A stretch of 64,000 nucleotides of DNA from Candidatus Poribacteria bacterium. Lineage in GTDB: Bacteria; Poribacteria; WGA-4E; WGA-3G. Location: assembly GCA_964291315.2 (NCBI GenBank), contig OZ219753.1, forward strand, positions 288,001 to 352,000, in the 5' to 3' direction. A program made the translations under genes and the position numbers. Shown here piece after piece: positions 48,318 through 58,042 of this stretch (positions within the stretch are counted from its first letter, which is position 1; the number at the start of each line of letters is the position of its first letter). The notes below the pieces were generated by a model. That model saw nothing but the letters and a program-made list of their open reading frames with translations. It searched no databases and was not told where the DNA came from.

Positions 48318-48634
48318 AAAGCGTTGAAGGGGAAGAGTAAGTCGTCAAAACTTGCGAGAGAAGGAGATTCACAGGCTGAAAGGTCTCCCCAAGTTCCTAC
48401 GGTTGAAAGTCACCCCGGAGCTGCTCGTCTGAACGGTCTATGCATTGCGTTGGCTCAGTAGGATTAGCCGGTATGATGCCCGTTATCGCGTCCCAAAGAG
48501 TGCTCTTTCTCATTCTGAGCCGGCTTTACAAGCCTCTCATACTTTGAATTAAAATGAGAAAGAGAATTGGAGTGGTACCACGGTAAGGTCAGTGTCCTTC
48601 TCGTCTCCAAAGTTGGAACGAGAGGGTTTTTTTT
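48318..48634 (+). ncRNA. T-box riboswitch (transcriptional), probable Val specifier GUC
   Basis: Stem I with AGTA, GAGAG, GGCTGAAAG and GAAA-GTC-A (48405-48412); CCGTTA; stem III CTCTTTCTCATT/AATGAGAAAGAG; T-box AATTGGAGTGGTACCACG 48565-48582; antiterminator partner CGTCTCC; terminator stem plus U-run 48596-48633. Confidence 0.92.
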
Positions 48635-48701
48635 AATTTTAATGGCCTCTGTAGGCCCGCGGTTACGATCCTCAACACTACAACTTATAAGGAAAATTGG
48701 C

Positions 48702-50378
48702 GTGGAACTTTCAGGAGCACGAATCCTTGTTGACAGTCTCAAACGAGAAGGTGTCGAATATATTTTTGGGGTGAACGGTGGTGCGGCGATGCCGATTTTC
48801 GATGCCTTATACGGTGAGACAGAAATCGAATTAATTCCGATGCGGCATGAACAAGGCGCATCACACGCCGCTGATGGCTATGCCCGCGCCACCGGAGATG
48901 TGGGTGTTGTACTCGCAACCTCCGGCCCCGGGGCAACCAACCTTGTCACTGGCATCGCAACAGCCTATATGGATTCAATCCCTATGGTTGCGATCACTGG
49001 ACAAGTGTTCACCCACTATATCGGCAGCGATGCTTTCCAGGAATGCGACGTTATCGGGGTGACCCGACCTATTTGTAAGCACAGTTACCTCATTAAAAGC
49101 AGCGATGAAGTTGCAGATGTTGTCGCCGAGGCGTTTCACCTTGCGAAGACCGGAAAACCGGGACCAGTCGTCATTGACATCGCCAAAGATGCACAGATAC
49201 ATGAAACCCTGTTTCAGTATCCGAAAACAGTTGACATCCGAGGCTACAAGCCACAAGTGGATGGTGATCCGGCGCAAATCGCAAAAGCGGCGGATCTGAT
49301 TAAAAAAGCTAAGCGTCCCATTCTTTATGCCGGGGGCGGTGTAGTTCTTGCCAACGCTTGTGAGGAATTGCGAAGGTTCACCCTTCACACACAGATTCCC
49401 ATTACGGTTACGCTGATGGGACTTGGGGCATTTCCTGAGACGCATCCATTGGCGATGGAGATGCCTGGAATGCACGGTTCTTGTTGTGCAAATTACGCCT
49501 TCACCGATGCTGACCTTGTTGTGGCTATTGGTGCTAGGTTTGACGACCGTGTTACCGGTGATCTCAGTAAATTCGCACCGAACGCCAAGAAAATTCACAT
49601 TGATATAGACCCTTCATGTATCGGGAAAAATGTACCAGTGGATGTCCCGATCGTTGGGGATGCGAAGAGCGTCCTAACTGAACTGGATAAACAGGTTGCT
49701 CCGACAGATATAGACCCATGGCGCGCGCAAATTCAAGAATGGAAGCAGAAGTATCCATTTGAATACGAACAAAAAAGTAATAAAGTGATGCCGCAATACG
49801 TCATTGAGCAAATCTATAAACATTATAGCGATGCAATTGTTGTTGCCGATGTTGGGCAACACCAGATGTGGGCAGCGCAATACTTCAAGTTCACCGAACC
49901 TCGGCAGTGGCTCAATTCCGGTGGACTCGGGACGATGGGATTTAGTCTTCCTGCTGCTATCGGTGCGCAACTCGGTTGTCCGGACAAAACCGTCGTCAAT
50001 ATCAACGGTGACGGATCTTATATCATGACAATCCAAGAATTGGTCCCGGCGGTTACCATGGAACTCCCGATTAAAGTATTTATCATCAACAATATGTATC
50101 TCGGAATGGTCCGGCAGTGGCAGGAACTGTTCTATGCTAAGCGTTACTCCGCTGTCGATTATCACGATAACCCTGATTTTGCTTTGCTTGCGGAATCGTT
50201 TGGCGCTACGGGACTTCGTGTTGAATACCCCGAAGATGTGGAACCCGCGTTACAAAAAGCAAAGGGCATCAACACTGGTCCTGTCGTGATTGATTTCATC
50301 GTTGACGAAGAGGAAAATGTCTTTCCTATGGTACCAGCAGGTGCGGGGCTAGGGGACGTTATCCGTGGATTATCTTAG
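48702..50378 (+). CDS. ilvB: Acetolactate synthase large subunit
   Basis: RHEQGASH, TSGPGATN, GARFDDRVTG, DVGQHQMW, GDGS...NN TPP motif; GTG 48702 follows TAAGGA. Confidence 0.97.
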   Translation: MELSGARILVDSLKREGVEYIFGVNGGAAMPIFDALYGETEIELIPMRHEQGASHAADGYARATGDVGVVLATSGPGATNLVTGIATAYMDSIPMVAITGQVFTHYIGSDAFQECDVIGVTRPICKHSYLIKSSDEVADVVAEAFHLAKTGKPGPVVIDIAKDAQIHETLFQYPKTVDIRGYKPQVDGDPAQIAKAADLIKKAKRPILYAGGGVVLANACEELRRFTLHTQIPITVTLMGLGAFPETHPLAMEMPGMHGSCCANYAFTDADLVVAIGARFDDRVTGDLSKFAPNAKKIHIDIDPSCIGKNVPVDVPIVGDAKSVLTELDKQVAPTDIDPWRAQIQEWKQKYPFEYEQKSNKVMPQYVIEQIYKHYSDAIVVADVGQHQMWAAQYFKFTEPRQWLNSGGLGTMGFSLPAAIGAQLGCPDKTVVNINGDGSYIMTIQELVPAVTMELPIKVFIINNMYLGMVRQWQELFYAKRYSAVDYHDNPDFALLAESFGATGLRVEYPEDVEPALQKAKGINTGPVVIDFIVDEEENVFPMVPAGAGLGDVIRGLS

Positions 50379-50578
50379 TTTTCGTCGATTTGGGCATGGT
50401 CTTTCTGCAAGTTGCTCATGACGGTCTAAAATAGCTAAAAACCTACGTTAGGGTTACGGCAATTTTTAACGATGAGAATATTGCAAGGGCACTGTTGATC
50501 GTCACCAAACGCTACACGCGCATTTGGCATTGATCGTTGGCACTACGAGGACAACAGATCAGAAACATATAGAAGAAA

Positions 50579-51076
50579 ATGAATTCAGAAGAACGACACA
50601 TTTTTTCCGTCTTGGTCGAAAACCGATTTGGGGTCCTAGCGCGGGTTGCGGGGCTTTTCAGTGGACGTGGTTTTAATATTGATAGTCTCAATGTCGCCGA
50701 AACACATGACAAGGGTGTTTCTCACATAACCCTTGTCACGCATGGAGATGCCCAAATTATTGATCAGATTTACCAGCATTTAAACAGACTCATTGACGTT
50801 ATCGAGGTTACCGACATTTCCACCGGCACCCATGTTGAGAGAGAACTTGTTCTTATTAAGGTTGCCACCGATGATCCTCAAAAACGCTCCGAGATTTTAC
50901 AAGTTGCGGAGGTTTTTCGAGGACGTGTTATAGATATGAACCCTGCCTCACTTGTTCTTGAAATTACCGGTGATGAAGGTAAATTGAAAGCAGCAATTGA
51001 TATTTTCAATACGTACGGTATTCTCGAATTATCGCGCACCGGCAAGATAGCGATGCTACGCGGACCTGAAAAATAG
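50579..51076 (+). CDS. ilvN: Acetolactate synthase small subunit
   Basis: VENRFGVLARVAGLFSGRGFNIDSL, ERELVLIKV, ELSRTG. Confidence 0.96.
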   Translation: MNSEERHIFSVLVENRFGVLARVAGLFSGRGFNIDSLNVAETHDKGVSHITLVTHGDAQIIDQIYQHLNRLIDVIEVTDISTGTHVERELVLIKVATDDPQKRSEILQVAEVFRGRVIDMNPASLVLEITGDEGKLKAAIDIFNTYGILELSRTGKIAMLRGPEK

Positions 51077-51208
51077 TTTAATCGATGTCAGTGGTCAGTT
51101 ACCGGTTAAGCGAGTTATGTAATAGTCTATCCTACTTGGGATGTTCCAAAAATGTTGTTTTGTTACGAATAACTCTTAACTGATAACCATCAAAAAGGAA
51201 CGGATTTT

Positions 51209-52201
51209 ATGGCAACAATTTATTACGATAGTGATGCCAATTTTGATTTACTAAGAGAGCGCACCGTCGCTGTTGTCGGTTACGGTGCACAAGGACGTGC
51301 GCAATCGCTAAATCTCAAAGACAGCGGTGCAAACGTCGTTGTTGGCCTATATGAGGGCAGTCGTTCAAAAGCACGTGCAGAAGCGGAAGGGTTAAACGTC
51401 AAAACTGTTGGAGAGGCCGCAGCACTAGCTGACATCGTTCAGGTACTTATACCGGACGAACGCCACGCTGCTGTCTACCGTGACCAGATTGCCCCGAATA
51501 TGCAGGCTGGGAATATGCTTCTTGTCTCACATGGGTTCAGTGTGCATTTTGGACAAATTGTTCCTGCAAGTGATATTGATGTCGCAATGATCGCCCCAAA
51601 GGGCCCCGGTTCTCTTGTTCGTGAGGTCTTTGAGGGGGGAGGCGGTGTACCTTGTCTAATTGCTATCCATCAAGACACGACGGGGCTTGCACGCGATCTT
51701 GCACTCGCTTATGCAAGAGGGATTGGTGGCACGCGCGCAGGTGTTATTGAAACGACTTTCCGCGAAGAAACCGAAACCGATCTTTTCGGTGAGCAAGCTG
51801 TCCTCTGTGGCGGCACTGCGGCACTCATCAAAGCCGCTTTTGATACCCTTGTCGAGGCCGGTTACCAACCAGAAATGGCTTACTTTGAGTGTCTTCACGA
51901 ACTCAAGCTGATCGTCGATCTCATCTATACCGGCGGATTAAGCAAAATGCGTAAGGATGTTAGCAATACCGCCGAATATGGGGACCTCACGCGTGGCCCA
52001 CGACTTATCGACGACGATGTCCGTGACACTATGCGTCAAATCTTGAAGGACGTGCAACAAGGCGTTTTCGCGCGTGAGTGGGTATTGGAGAATGAGGCGA
52101 ACCAACCCGTCCTCGGTGCACTTCGTCGACAAGAAGAGGAATCGCAAATCGAAGATGTTGGCAAAAATCTGCGCAGTATGATGAGTTGGCTTGACAAATA
52201 G
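51209..52201 (+). CDS. ilvC: Ketol-acid reductoisomerase
   Basis: [43 protein letters not shown]. Confidence 0.98.
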   Translation: MATIYYDSDANFDLLRERTVAVVGYGAQGRAQSLNLKDSGANVVVGLYEGSRSKARAEAEGLNVKTVGEAAALADIVQVLIPDERHAAVYRDQIAPNMQAGNMLLVSHGFSVHFGQIVPASDIDVAMIAPKGPGSLVREVFEGGGGVPCLIAIHQDTTGLARDLALAYARGIGGTRAGVIETTFREETETDLFGEQAVLCGGTAALIKAAFDTLVEAGYQPEMAYFECLHELKLIVDLIYTGGLSKMRKDVSNTAEYGDLTRGPRLIDDDVRDTMRQILKDVQQGVFAREWVLENEANQPVLGALRRQEEESQIEDVGKNLRSMMSWLDK

Positions 52202-52239
52202 GAAATCTTTTCTTCGATCAGGCGGAGGCGATTGAATTA

Positions 52240-52385
52240 GGACGCAAAACTGATGTACATCTCGGATGTGAACGGAGACGCCAGGTTGGATTTCGTCGCT
52301 AGCGGTCTTAGAACAGACAAGTAAAATGGTATGGCGACTAATTCTAACGGGGCTTTAGACGAACAGCGTGTTATATCAGGGCAGT
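52240..52385 (+). pseudogene. Remnant of an FG-GAP/VCBS repeat
   Basis: Translates to MYISDVNGDARLDFVASGLRTDK, then with frameshifts VKWY...NSNGALDEQRVIS; no start or length of a real gene. Confidence 0.5.
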
Positions 52386-52520
52386 GTACTACTTTCTTTA
52401 TAAGTTAAGAGAGTCTTTTCAATTGTTCAGTCTCCTTGTAACTGCGGACTGCTATATCGGTGAGATTCAGTTATCAATTTTCACGAAGAGCCTCCGGTAT
52501 GCTCAACAGATAGCTATCAG

Positions 52521-53651
52521 TTATTCTTCGATCGCTTCTACATTAGCGCGAGGCAAAGTCGTCTCTTGGCCATCTTCAAGCTCTACCCGTAACACTCGCA
52601 CCAGTGCTTCTGTCTCCAAGTTCTGGAGTTCTACTGGCAGTTCCGTGACGCGTCCCAATCGCCCGAAATATGGTTCTCGAATGATACGTACTGAGCTTCC
52701 AATCTTTAGAATTCCACCAGCAGCATCGGTGTTTGTATCGGAGATTGAGCCTGCCGCCTCTGACGCAAACGGGATTAGGATCTCTGGCCGGACAACGCCA
52801 GCACGAATCTGTGTTGCTCCATTGATAGAGGTCTTCATACCTTCTCGAGCTTTTAAGAGTGTGAATGTCTGTTCTGTCATCGCAACGCGCCCGAATCCCT
52901 CCGTGATAACCACTGTAATTCCAATATCCTCTGATCCGGTGATCGCAACACCGAGTTCATAACCGAGAAGTTCTCGGAGATCCGCGTCATCAATTCCACC
53001 AGCGATGATACCTCTCACGCCCTGCTGGATTGCGTTCTGAACCGCCTCCGTTGTGACAAGTGAACCCCCAACCAGAATATTATCTCGATGTTCTCGAAGG
53101 ATCTGTTCACTAGTCAATTCGTCGTTTGGCGATGTAGCAACAACAACCAATTTTCCTACCGTCTCGCCACCAATTCCGAAGATGCCTTGGATGTACGTAC
53201 CGTACGTCTCTACAATGACTCCTTCAGTCGGTACGGTCTCTGTTACCGTGCCATCCGTGTATGCTTTGACTTCAACGGGGATAGGTGGTTCACGAAGGAG
53301 AACCTGTCCTGTGACCTCAGAGACGGATTCGATTGTCCCGTCAATCGGTGAGCGCACCTGCGATTTGAACAATCCAAATAGCCCTTTAGTTGTAGCAATA
53401 ATCTCGTCTTTTGAAACTGTGTCGCCTACCGGTTTAAGCATGGATTCGGTGATTTCGTTTGGCGGGATGCTGAGTAGGTTGGCAACGTTTAGCAATTGAA
53501 CATTACCTGGCAGATCCGCCTTTGCAACGACATCTTCTGCTTTGACTGTTAACCCGGCCTTGACAAGTACCTCGCCTTCGAGTGGGAGCCTGCGTTCTTT
53601 TTGAATCCTTATTCCTTCAGTTACTTTCAGACCGGGGGTGTATGCATGCAC
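52521..53651 (-). CDS. Conserved hypothetical protein (biotinyl/lipoyl-like repeats, C-terminal KOW-like motif)
   Basis: 376-aa ORF; GEVLVKAG..V....VVA, VRSPIDGTI, VRIIREPYFGRLGRV...PRANVE. Confidence 0.75.
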   Translation of the reverse strand: MHAYTPGLKVTEGIRIQKERRLPLEGEVLVKAGLTVKAEDVVAKADLPGNVQLLNVANLLSIPPNEITESMLKPVGDTVSKDEIIATTKGLFGLFKSQVRSPIDGTIESVSEVTGQVLLREPPIPVEVKAYTDGTVTETVPTEGVIVETYGTYIQGIFGIGGETVGKLVVVATSPNDELTSEQILREHRDNILVGGSLVTTEAVQNAIQQGVRGIIAGGIDDADLRELLGYELGVAITGSEDIGITVVITEGFGRVAMTEQTFTLLKAREGMKTSINGATQIRAGVVRPEILIPFASEAAGSISDTNTDAAGGILKIGSSVRIIREPYFGRLGRVTELPVELQNLETEALVRVLRVELEDGQETTLPRANVEAIEE

Positions 53652-53754
53652 TATGAATTACCTCAATTTCTGACCGGAATCTATTGCTGTGAATATGCCT
53701 CCGCGTTGATGTCGCGGCATTGAACATTCAACGATCGTAACGTGTCCACTTTCA

Positions 53755-53783
53755 ATTATACTTATCTTTCTATCTGTTGTCAA
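53755..53783 (-). promoter_or_regulatory. Consensus sigma70 promoter for 52521..53651
   Basis: TTGACA-17 nt-TATAAT on minus strand. Confidence 0.75.
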
Positions 53784-53929
53784 CTTTCTTCGTATACGTC
53801 TCTTCCTCCGAAAAGCCTACAGCTCCGCTGCAGGTTTTAGTCTCAAGATTTATTTTCATTGACAGATTTCTGTAAATGTGTTAATCTTTAACGAAATCGC
53901 GCGGGAAACTATTTTTATGCCGGTTTTTC

Positions 53930-53958
53930 TTGACAAATAATGTACATTTGTGTATAAT
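53930..53958 (+). promoter_or_regulatory. Consensus sigma70 promoter with no convincing CDS close downstream
   Basis: TTGACA 53930-53935, 17 nt, TATAAT 53953-53958; second TTGACA-17-TAATCT at 53859-53887. Confidence 0.7.
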
Positions 53959-54736
53959 AATAATAGTATAAAGAAAGAGGTTTTGGAATTAGCAGCCTCT
54001 CAAAGATTTTCAGAAGCGCCGAAGGTAACGGAGTGGTTAAAATGAAGAAAGGAAAAGGTCATTTTCTTTTTGACCCTTTTTTAAATATGGAAAGTCACGC
54101 GAACAACACATCGATCCAAATAGGTGCCTCTGAAACATCTAGGTCCTTGTGCCTGAGGGTGCGTAAAGATAAGCCTCTTTGCGTGCCTATGCCGGATTAC
54201 ATCCCCCCGCTTTATTTAAGTTAAGCGTTTCAGTTTATATATCTCTCCCTAAAACTGCGGTCGCGGTTTTTTTGCGCCTGCATGCGCCTTGCGCGTTGCG
54301 GGCTATTTTGTTGTCGCGTCGGGATAATAACTGTGATGGCGTTAACCCTGAAAATAAGGAGCGTGAAATGAATAATGTACTACCGGATCCCGGGCATGGT
54401 TTGGACATGGTCTTCTCACTCCCGTTGATTGCCGGTAGATCCGGACGACATAAAGTGAACACCTTCAAGAAAATCTATTTTTCTTGAAGGTTTTTCTAAG
54501 CTTGATAGACTATTTTTTTATAGAAGAATAAATCATGAAGCCATTCTTTAGAAAGCAAGCCTTTCATAATTCCTATTACTATAGCAGGATGCACTTAATG
54601 AAGACGGCTTTTGTGAAGGTATTTCCATCAGGAGTGATATATTCTCCGCAGGTCGCCATGAAATGCGAAAATCAGGTCTTTTGGGGTTTCACCGGGAGGG
54701 CATTGCTCTCTTTTAGGTAGTTTTGGAGCGTTTTTG

Positions 54737-56158
54737 ATGTTAGGTGTGTTAATACAAAAGGAGATTCTGCTGCATCTGCTGAGCGTGCGTTTTTTATCCC
54801 TTCTTCTGATGTGTGCGTTGCTGATACCGCTCGGCTTCCATGTGAATTACCGGCGTTATCTCCAACGCCAAGTCGACTATCAAGAAGCCGTCAAAAACGC
54901 AGACAGTGATAACCCGGCAGAGAACCAGTGGGAATGGCGGCTCATAAACCCGAATCTTGAGGTTGAGCGGTTGATTTTACAGCCGTCTCCTTTAAGTGTG
55001 TTTGCTCGGGGTTTAGAGTCGGTGTTGCCGAGTTCTCTTGGGATGACGCGCAACGGGATGCGCTGGAACGCAGCGTCGCTCTCAACTGCGCCGATTGCGT
55101 TTCTCTTCGGTCATCTCGACTATCTCTTTGTTGTGAGCACGGTTTTTAGCCTGCTGGCACTCTTATTCACCTTTGATGCGGTTGCGGGTGAGCGTGAAGC
55201 GGGGACGCTCCGTATCACGCTCGCAAACGCACTGCCGCGTGCTATTTTTTTATGGAGTAAGATCCTGGGCGGCTACGTTGTGTTCAGCGTGCCCTTCCTC
55301 CTCTCCATTTTGATCGGGTGGCTCTTGTTGGTCTGGCAGGGTTTCCCTTTGGGTCAGCCGGATGTCTTCCTCCGATGCCTCTGCCTGGTTGGGGTGTCGC
55401 TGCTTTACACGTTTGTTTTTTTTGCGATGGGCACCTGGCTCTCTATCTATTTTGAGAGTTCGAAGACCGCGCTCATTGTTGTGTTTACGGTCTGGGTTTT
55501 CACAGTTCTGATCCTACCGCGTGCGGGGTTTCTGGCGGCTCGCATTGTTTCCCCTGCTGCGACAGCGGAGCAGGTTTACCGGCAAAAGGCTCATCTCCGA
55601 GCAGAATTGCGCGCCGACCTCGACGTAGAAGAAAATAAAATTATGTCTAAAGTCATTGAGGAAGAGCGTCTTGGAACATCAGGGGCGATTATTATATCTG
55701 GGCAGTTAGCCGAGAAAATAGATGAGCGAATGGCCCCCTTAGAAGAGTCTTTGCGTTTAGTCTTCCGTGATCGTGCGGCAGAGATAGACGGGCGGTATCA
55801 ACGTGACATCAAACGCCAAGAGGCGATCGGTATGCACATGTCGCGGATCACCCCGATCGCCTCCTTCATTTATCTGTCAACCGGTCTGGCGCAGACGGGA
55901 CAGGTCAAACGAGATCGCTACTTTCAAACGGGGGATCGCTACTATAAAGCCCTGGATGCGGAAACATTCAGCAAAATGTCTGAGACACGTGTCTCGAAAA
56001 CAGAAAACATTCCGCCGCCGTTGCCGCCGCCGCGGCTTGTGGATCCGCCGGTGGCGGAGGCACTCCAAGCCGCCCTCGTCGATCTGATTTTGCTCTGTCT
56101 CTTTGCCTGCGGATTGACAACCGCGGCTTTCGTCGCATTCTTCAAATCCGAGATTTGA
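54737..56158 (+). CDS. ABC-2 type transporter permease
   Basis: LIQKEILLHL, SLLALLFTFDAVAGEREAGTLRITLAN, multiple TMs with a large loop. Confidence 0.85.
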   Translation: MLGVLIQKEILLHLLSVRFLSLLLMCALLIPLGFHVNYRRYLQRQVDYQEAVKNADSDNPAENQWEWRLINPNLEVERLILQPSPLSVFARGLESVLPSSLGMTRNGMRWNAASLSTAPIAFLFGHLDYLFVVSTVFSLLALLFTFDAVAGEREAGTLRITLANALPRAIFLWSKILGGYVVFSVPFLLSILIGWLLLVWQGFPLGQPDVFLRCLCLVGVSLLYTFVFFAMGTWLSIYFESSKTALIVVFTVWVFTVLILPRAGFLAARIVSPAATAEQVYRQKAHLRAELRADLDVEENKIMSKVIEEERLGTSGAIIISGQLAEKIDERMAPLEESLRLVFRDRAAEIDGRYQRDIKRQEAIGMHMSRITPIASFIYLSTGLAQTGQVKRDRYFQTGDRYYKALDAETFSKMSETRVSKTENIPPPLPPPRLVDPPVAEALQAALVDLILLCLFACGLTTAAFVAFFKSEI

Positions 56159-56247
56159 AAAATGAGTGTACTCTATTGTATGTAAATCGTTTTTCTGTAA
56201 GTGATAGACAGAAGCATCCTGCGCCTGCCATTTTTTTTGCGTTCACT

Positions 56248-57029
56248 CTACTCTGCGTTCTTGGCACATCGAAAGCCATAGGTGGCGAGCCGGTGATGTG
56301 GCTTATCGTAGTAGAGGTAATCCGATTCAAAGTGTTTTCGCAGCGACATCCATCCGCCGCCGCGGAGGATTCTCTGGGGTCCGGGGCGTGTGCCTGTCGG
56401 AGAGACGCTGCGTCGGACGTCTGCTCCTTCGTAAGCATCATCACACCATTGCCACACGTTTCCGACGAGGTCAAACACACCGGAGGGGGACACATTCTGC
56501 TCCCGGCTCCCAATCGGGTAGGGGACTAAGCGGGTGCGGTAGTCTACCGCTTCAAAGTCAAACGCGTTTCCCCACGGGTAACGTTGGTTCTGTTCCCCTT
56601 TGCAGACGAGTGCCCACTCGGCGGCCGTCGGCAAACGGACCCCCGCCACTTCGCATAAGCCGATGCTTCATACCAACTCACCCCTGTCACAGGCAAGTTG
56701 CTTTTATTGAGATATTTCTCGTAATAGGTAGATGGCACTGTAAACGCATAAGTGTTTAGGAATGCTATACCTTCGGACGACCAATATCGCGGCTCTACAT
56801 AGCCACCGGCTTCGATAAACTGCTGATATTGTTGGTAAGTGACGAGGTTTTTGTCTATAGAGAAGGCTTTAACGCTGCGGATGTCTCCGTTGCCGAACGG
56901 GTCTACGGTGCCGGCGGGTATCTGTATCATCTCGGGGTGACTCATCTGTTGTTCCTCCGGTGTTTGTGGATATTGCTGACAAGCGAGGGCGACGCTCATC
57001 AGTAAAAGTAGTGCCGCTATTGTTTTCAC
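56248..57029 (-). pseudogene. FGE-sulfatase domain lipoprotein, frameshifted near 56640
   Basis: Lipobox VALAC; IPAG...VTYQQY...PVTGVSWYEASAYAKW | GVRLPTAAEW...DLVGNVWQW...RGGGW...GFRCA; one extra base restores the frame. Confidence 0.8.
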
Positions 57030-58042
57030 TTTACCACTCCTTTGACCGGGACCTCAATGGTGCTTGCATCTGGATGGTCGGTCTCAAGGGTGATCGTCCC
57101 TTCGATGAGTCCTTCCGGGGCACCGGGGGCGGAAACCGTGAATAAGAGATCATGAGACAGCCGCTTTTCCGAGGCGGGTTCAGCGAATACCTCAACGTTG
57201 TCAGCCGTGATACCCAAGACCGAAAATGAGCGTGTGCCATCGGTTTTGAGTTTTAGGGTGCGCTCGACAGACTCGTTCGAAGACAGAGCGCCCAGGAACA
57301 GGTTGGCAGGCAACGCTACAATACCCCCTAATACCCTTCCTTGGAACTCAATAGACAGTTCCAAGGTATCTGAATCGGTGCCAGGGATCACTGCGGGTGC
57401 TTTAATGGTAAGTGTTAACGTCACTCGGTAAAACCCGACCTGCCGCAAAGAGAATTCCGCTTGAAACGCCCGACTCCCGCCGGGAGAAATCACCCCTTCC
57501 GGGATTCTAACAGCGAGGCTCGTGTCGCTCACCGTGTGTGCGGTTATTTCCACCGGATGCGGAAGGTTATTGGTGAGCGCTACCGTTTTGATAACGTTCT
57601 GCCCCCTTTGAAGTTCTCCAACCTGAATGTGCTTCGGAAACGTAATCGGAGGTTTAATAATCCCAGAGACTTGCAGCGGGATCATCGGTTTGTCTGGATC
57701 ATTCGTGTAGACAAAGACTTGATCAACAAAGGCGCCGGCATCTCGATGAATCTCAACCTGAATGCCCCCTGTACCCCCCGGGGGAACCGGGGCTGATGAA
57801 GCCGTTGTAGCAACGCAACCACAATTGCTCTGAATGTCCTGTATCTCTAAAGGGGCATTCCCTTTATTAGTGAAGTCAAACCGTTTGATAATCTGTGAAC
57901 CGACAATGAAAACGTTAGGGAATTCATAGGAGATACTTTCAAAAGCAATCTCCGGTTTTCTGTGAGTGTCACATCCTGCCATGAGAAGCCCCCCCATGCT
58001 GCAGCAGGCAGCAAGAAAAACTGTTAAGACCTTGAACATCAT
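57026..58042 (-). CDS. DUF1573-domain (Ig-like repeat) exported protein
   Basis: FDFTNKGNAPLEIQDIQSNCGC..., VYTNDP, LETDHP; N-terminal signal/lipobox LMAGC; ATG 58042 overlaps the upstream TGA. Confidence 0.82.
   Translation of the reverse strand: MMFKVLTVFLAACCSMGGLLMAGCDTHRKPEIAFESISYEFPNVFIVGSQIIKRFDFTNKGNAPLEIQDIQSNCGCVATTASSAPVPPGGTGGIQVEIHRDAGAFVDQVFVYTNDPDKPMIPLQVSGIIKPPITFPKHIQVGELQRGQNVIKTVALTNNLPHPVEITAHTVSDTSLAVRIPEGVISPGGSRAFQAEFSLRQVGFYRVTLTLTIKAPAVIPGTDSDTLELSIEFQGRVLGGIVALPANLFLGALSSNESVERTLKLKTDGTRSFSVLGITADNVEVFAEPASEKRLSHDLLFTVSAPGAPEGLIEGTITLETDHPDASTIEVPVKGVVK

Noticed and set aside
48567-48701. ORF-track N-terminal extensions (ilvB from 48567; also LamG 5419, hppA 25092, pgl 34128, DUF1573 58177)
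   Set aside because: They run through the T-box terminator, a -35 box or an upstream gene, or add non-homologous sequence; downstream starts fit RBS, stop/start overlap or family N-termini better.
52384-53499. Longer antisense ORFs such as 52384..52962, 31031..31660 and 48975..49598
   Set aside because: Shadows of well-supported genes on the opposite strand, with no protein-family signal.
54017-54042. GCCGAAGGTAACGGAGTGGTTAAA resembles a tRNA 5' end or the glycine riboswitch CGCCGAAG motif
   Set aside because: No anticodon arm, T-arm (GTTCRA) or acceptor complement follows, no 3' tRNA half is seen at the far island end, and the riboswitch CTCTCAGG element is absent.
54033-54720. Short ORFs 54033..54224, 54179..54487, 54235..54468 and 54535..54720
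   Set aside because: No recognisable motifs, mutually overlapping, weak starts; treated as non-coding or decayed DNA.
56248-56360. C-terminus of the island FGE lipoprotein as a further DGR variable region
   Set aside because: It shares the RGG...GFRC frame at protein level but shows no clear nucleotide similarity to the three cassettes at 44-45.8 kb.
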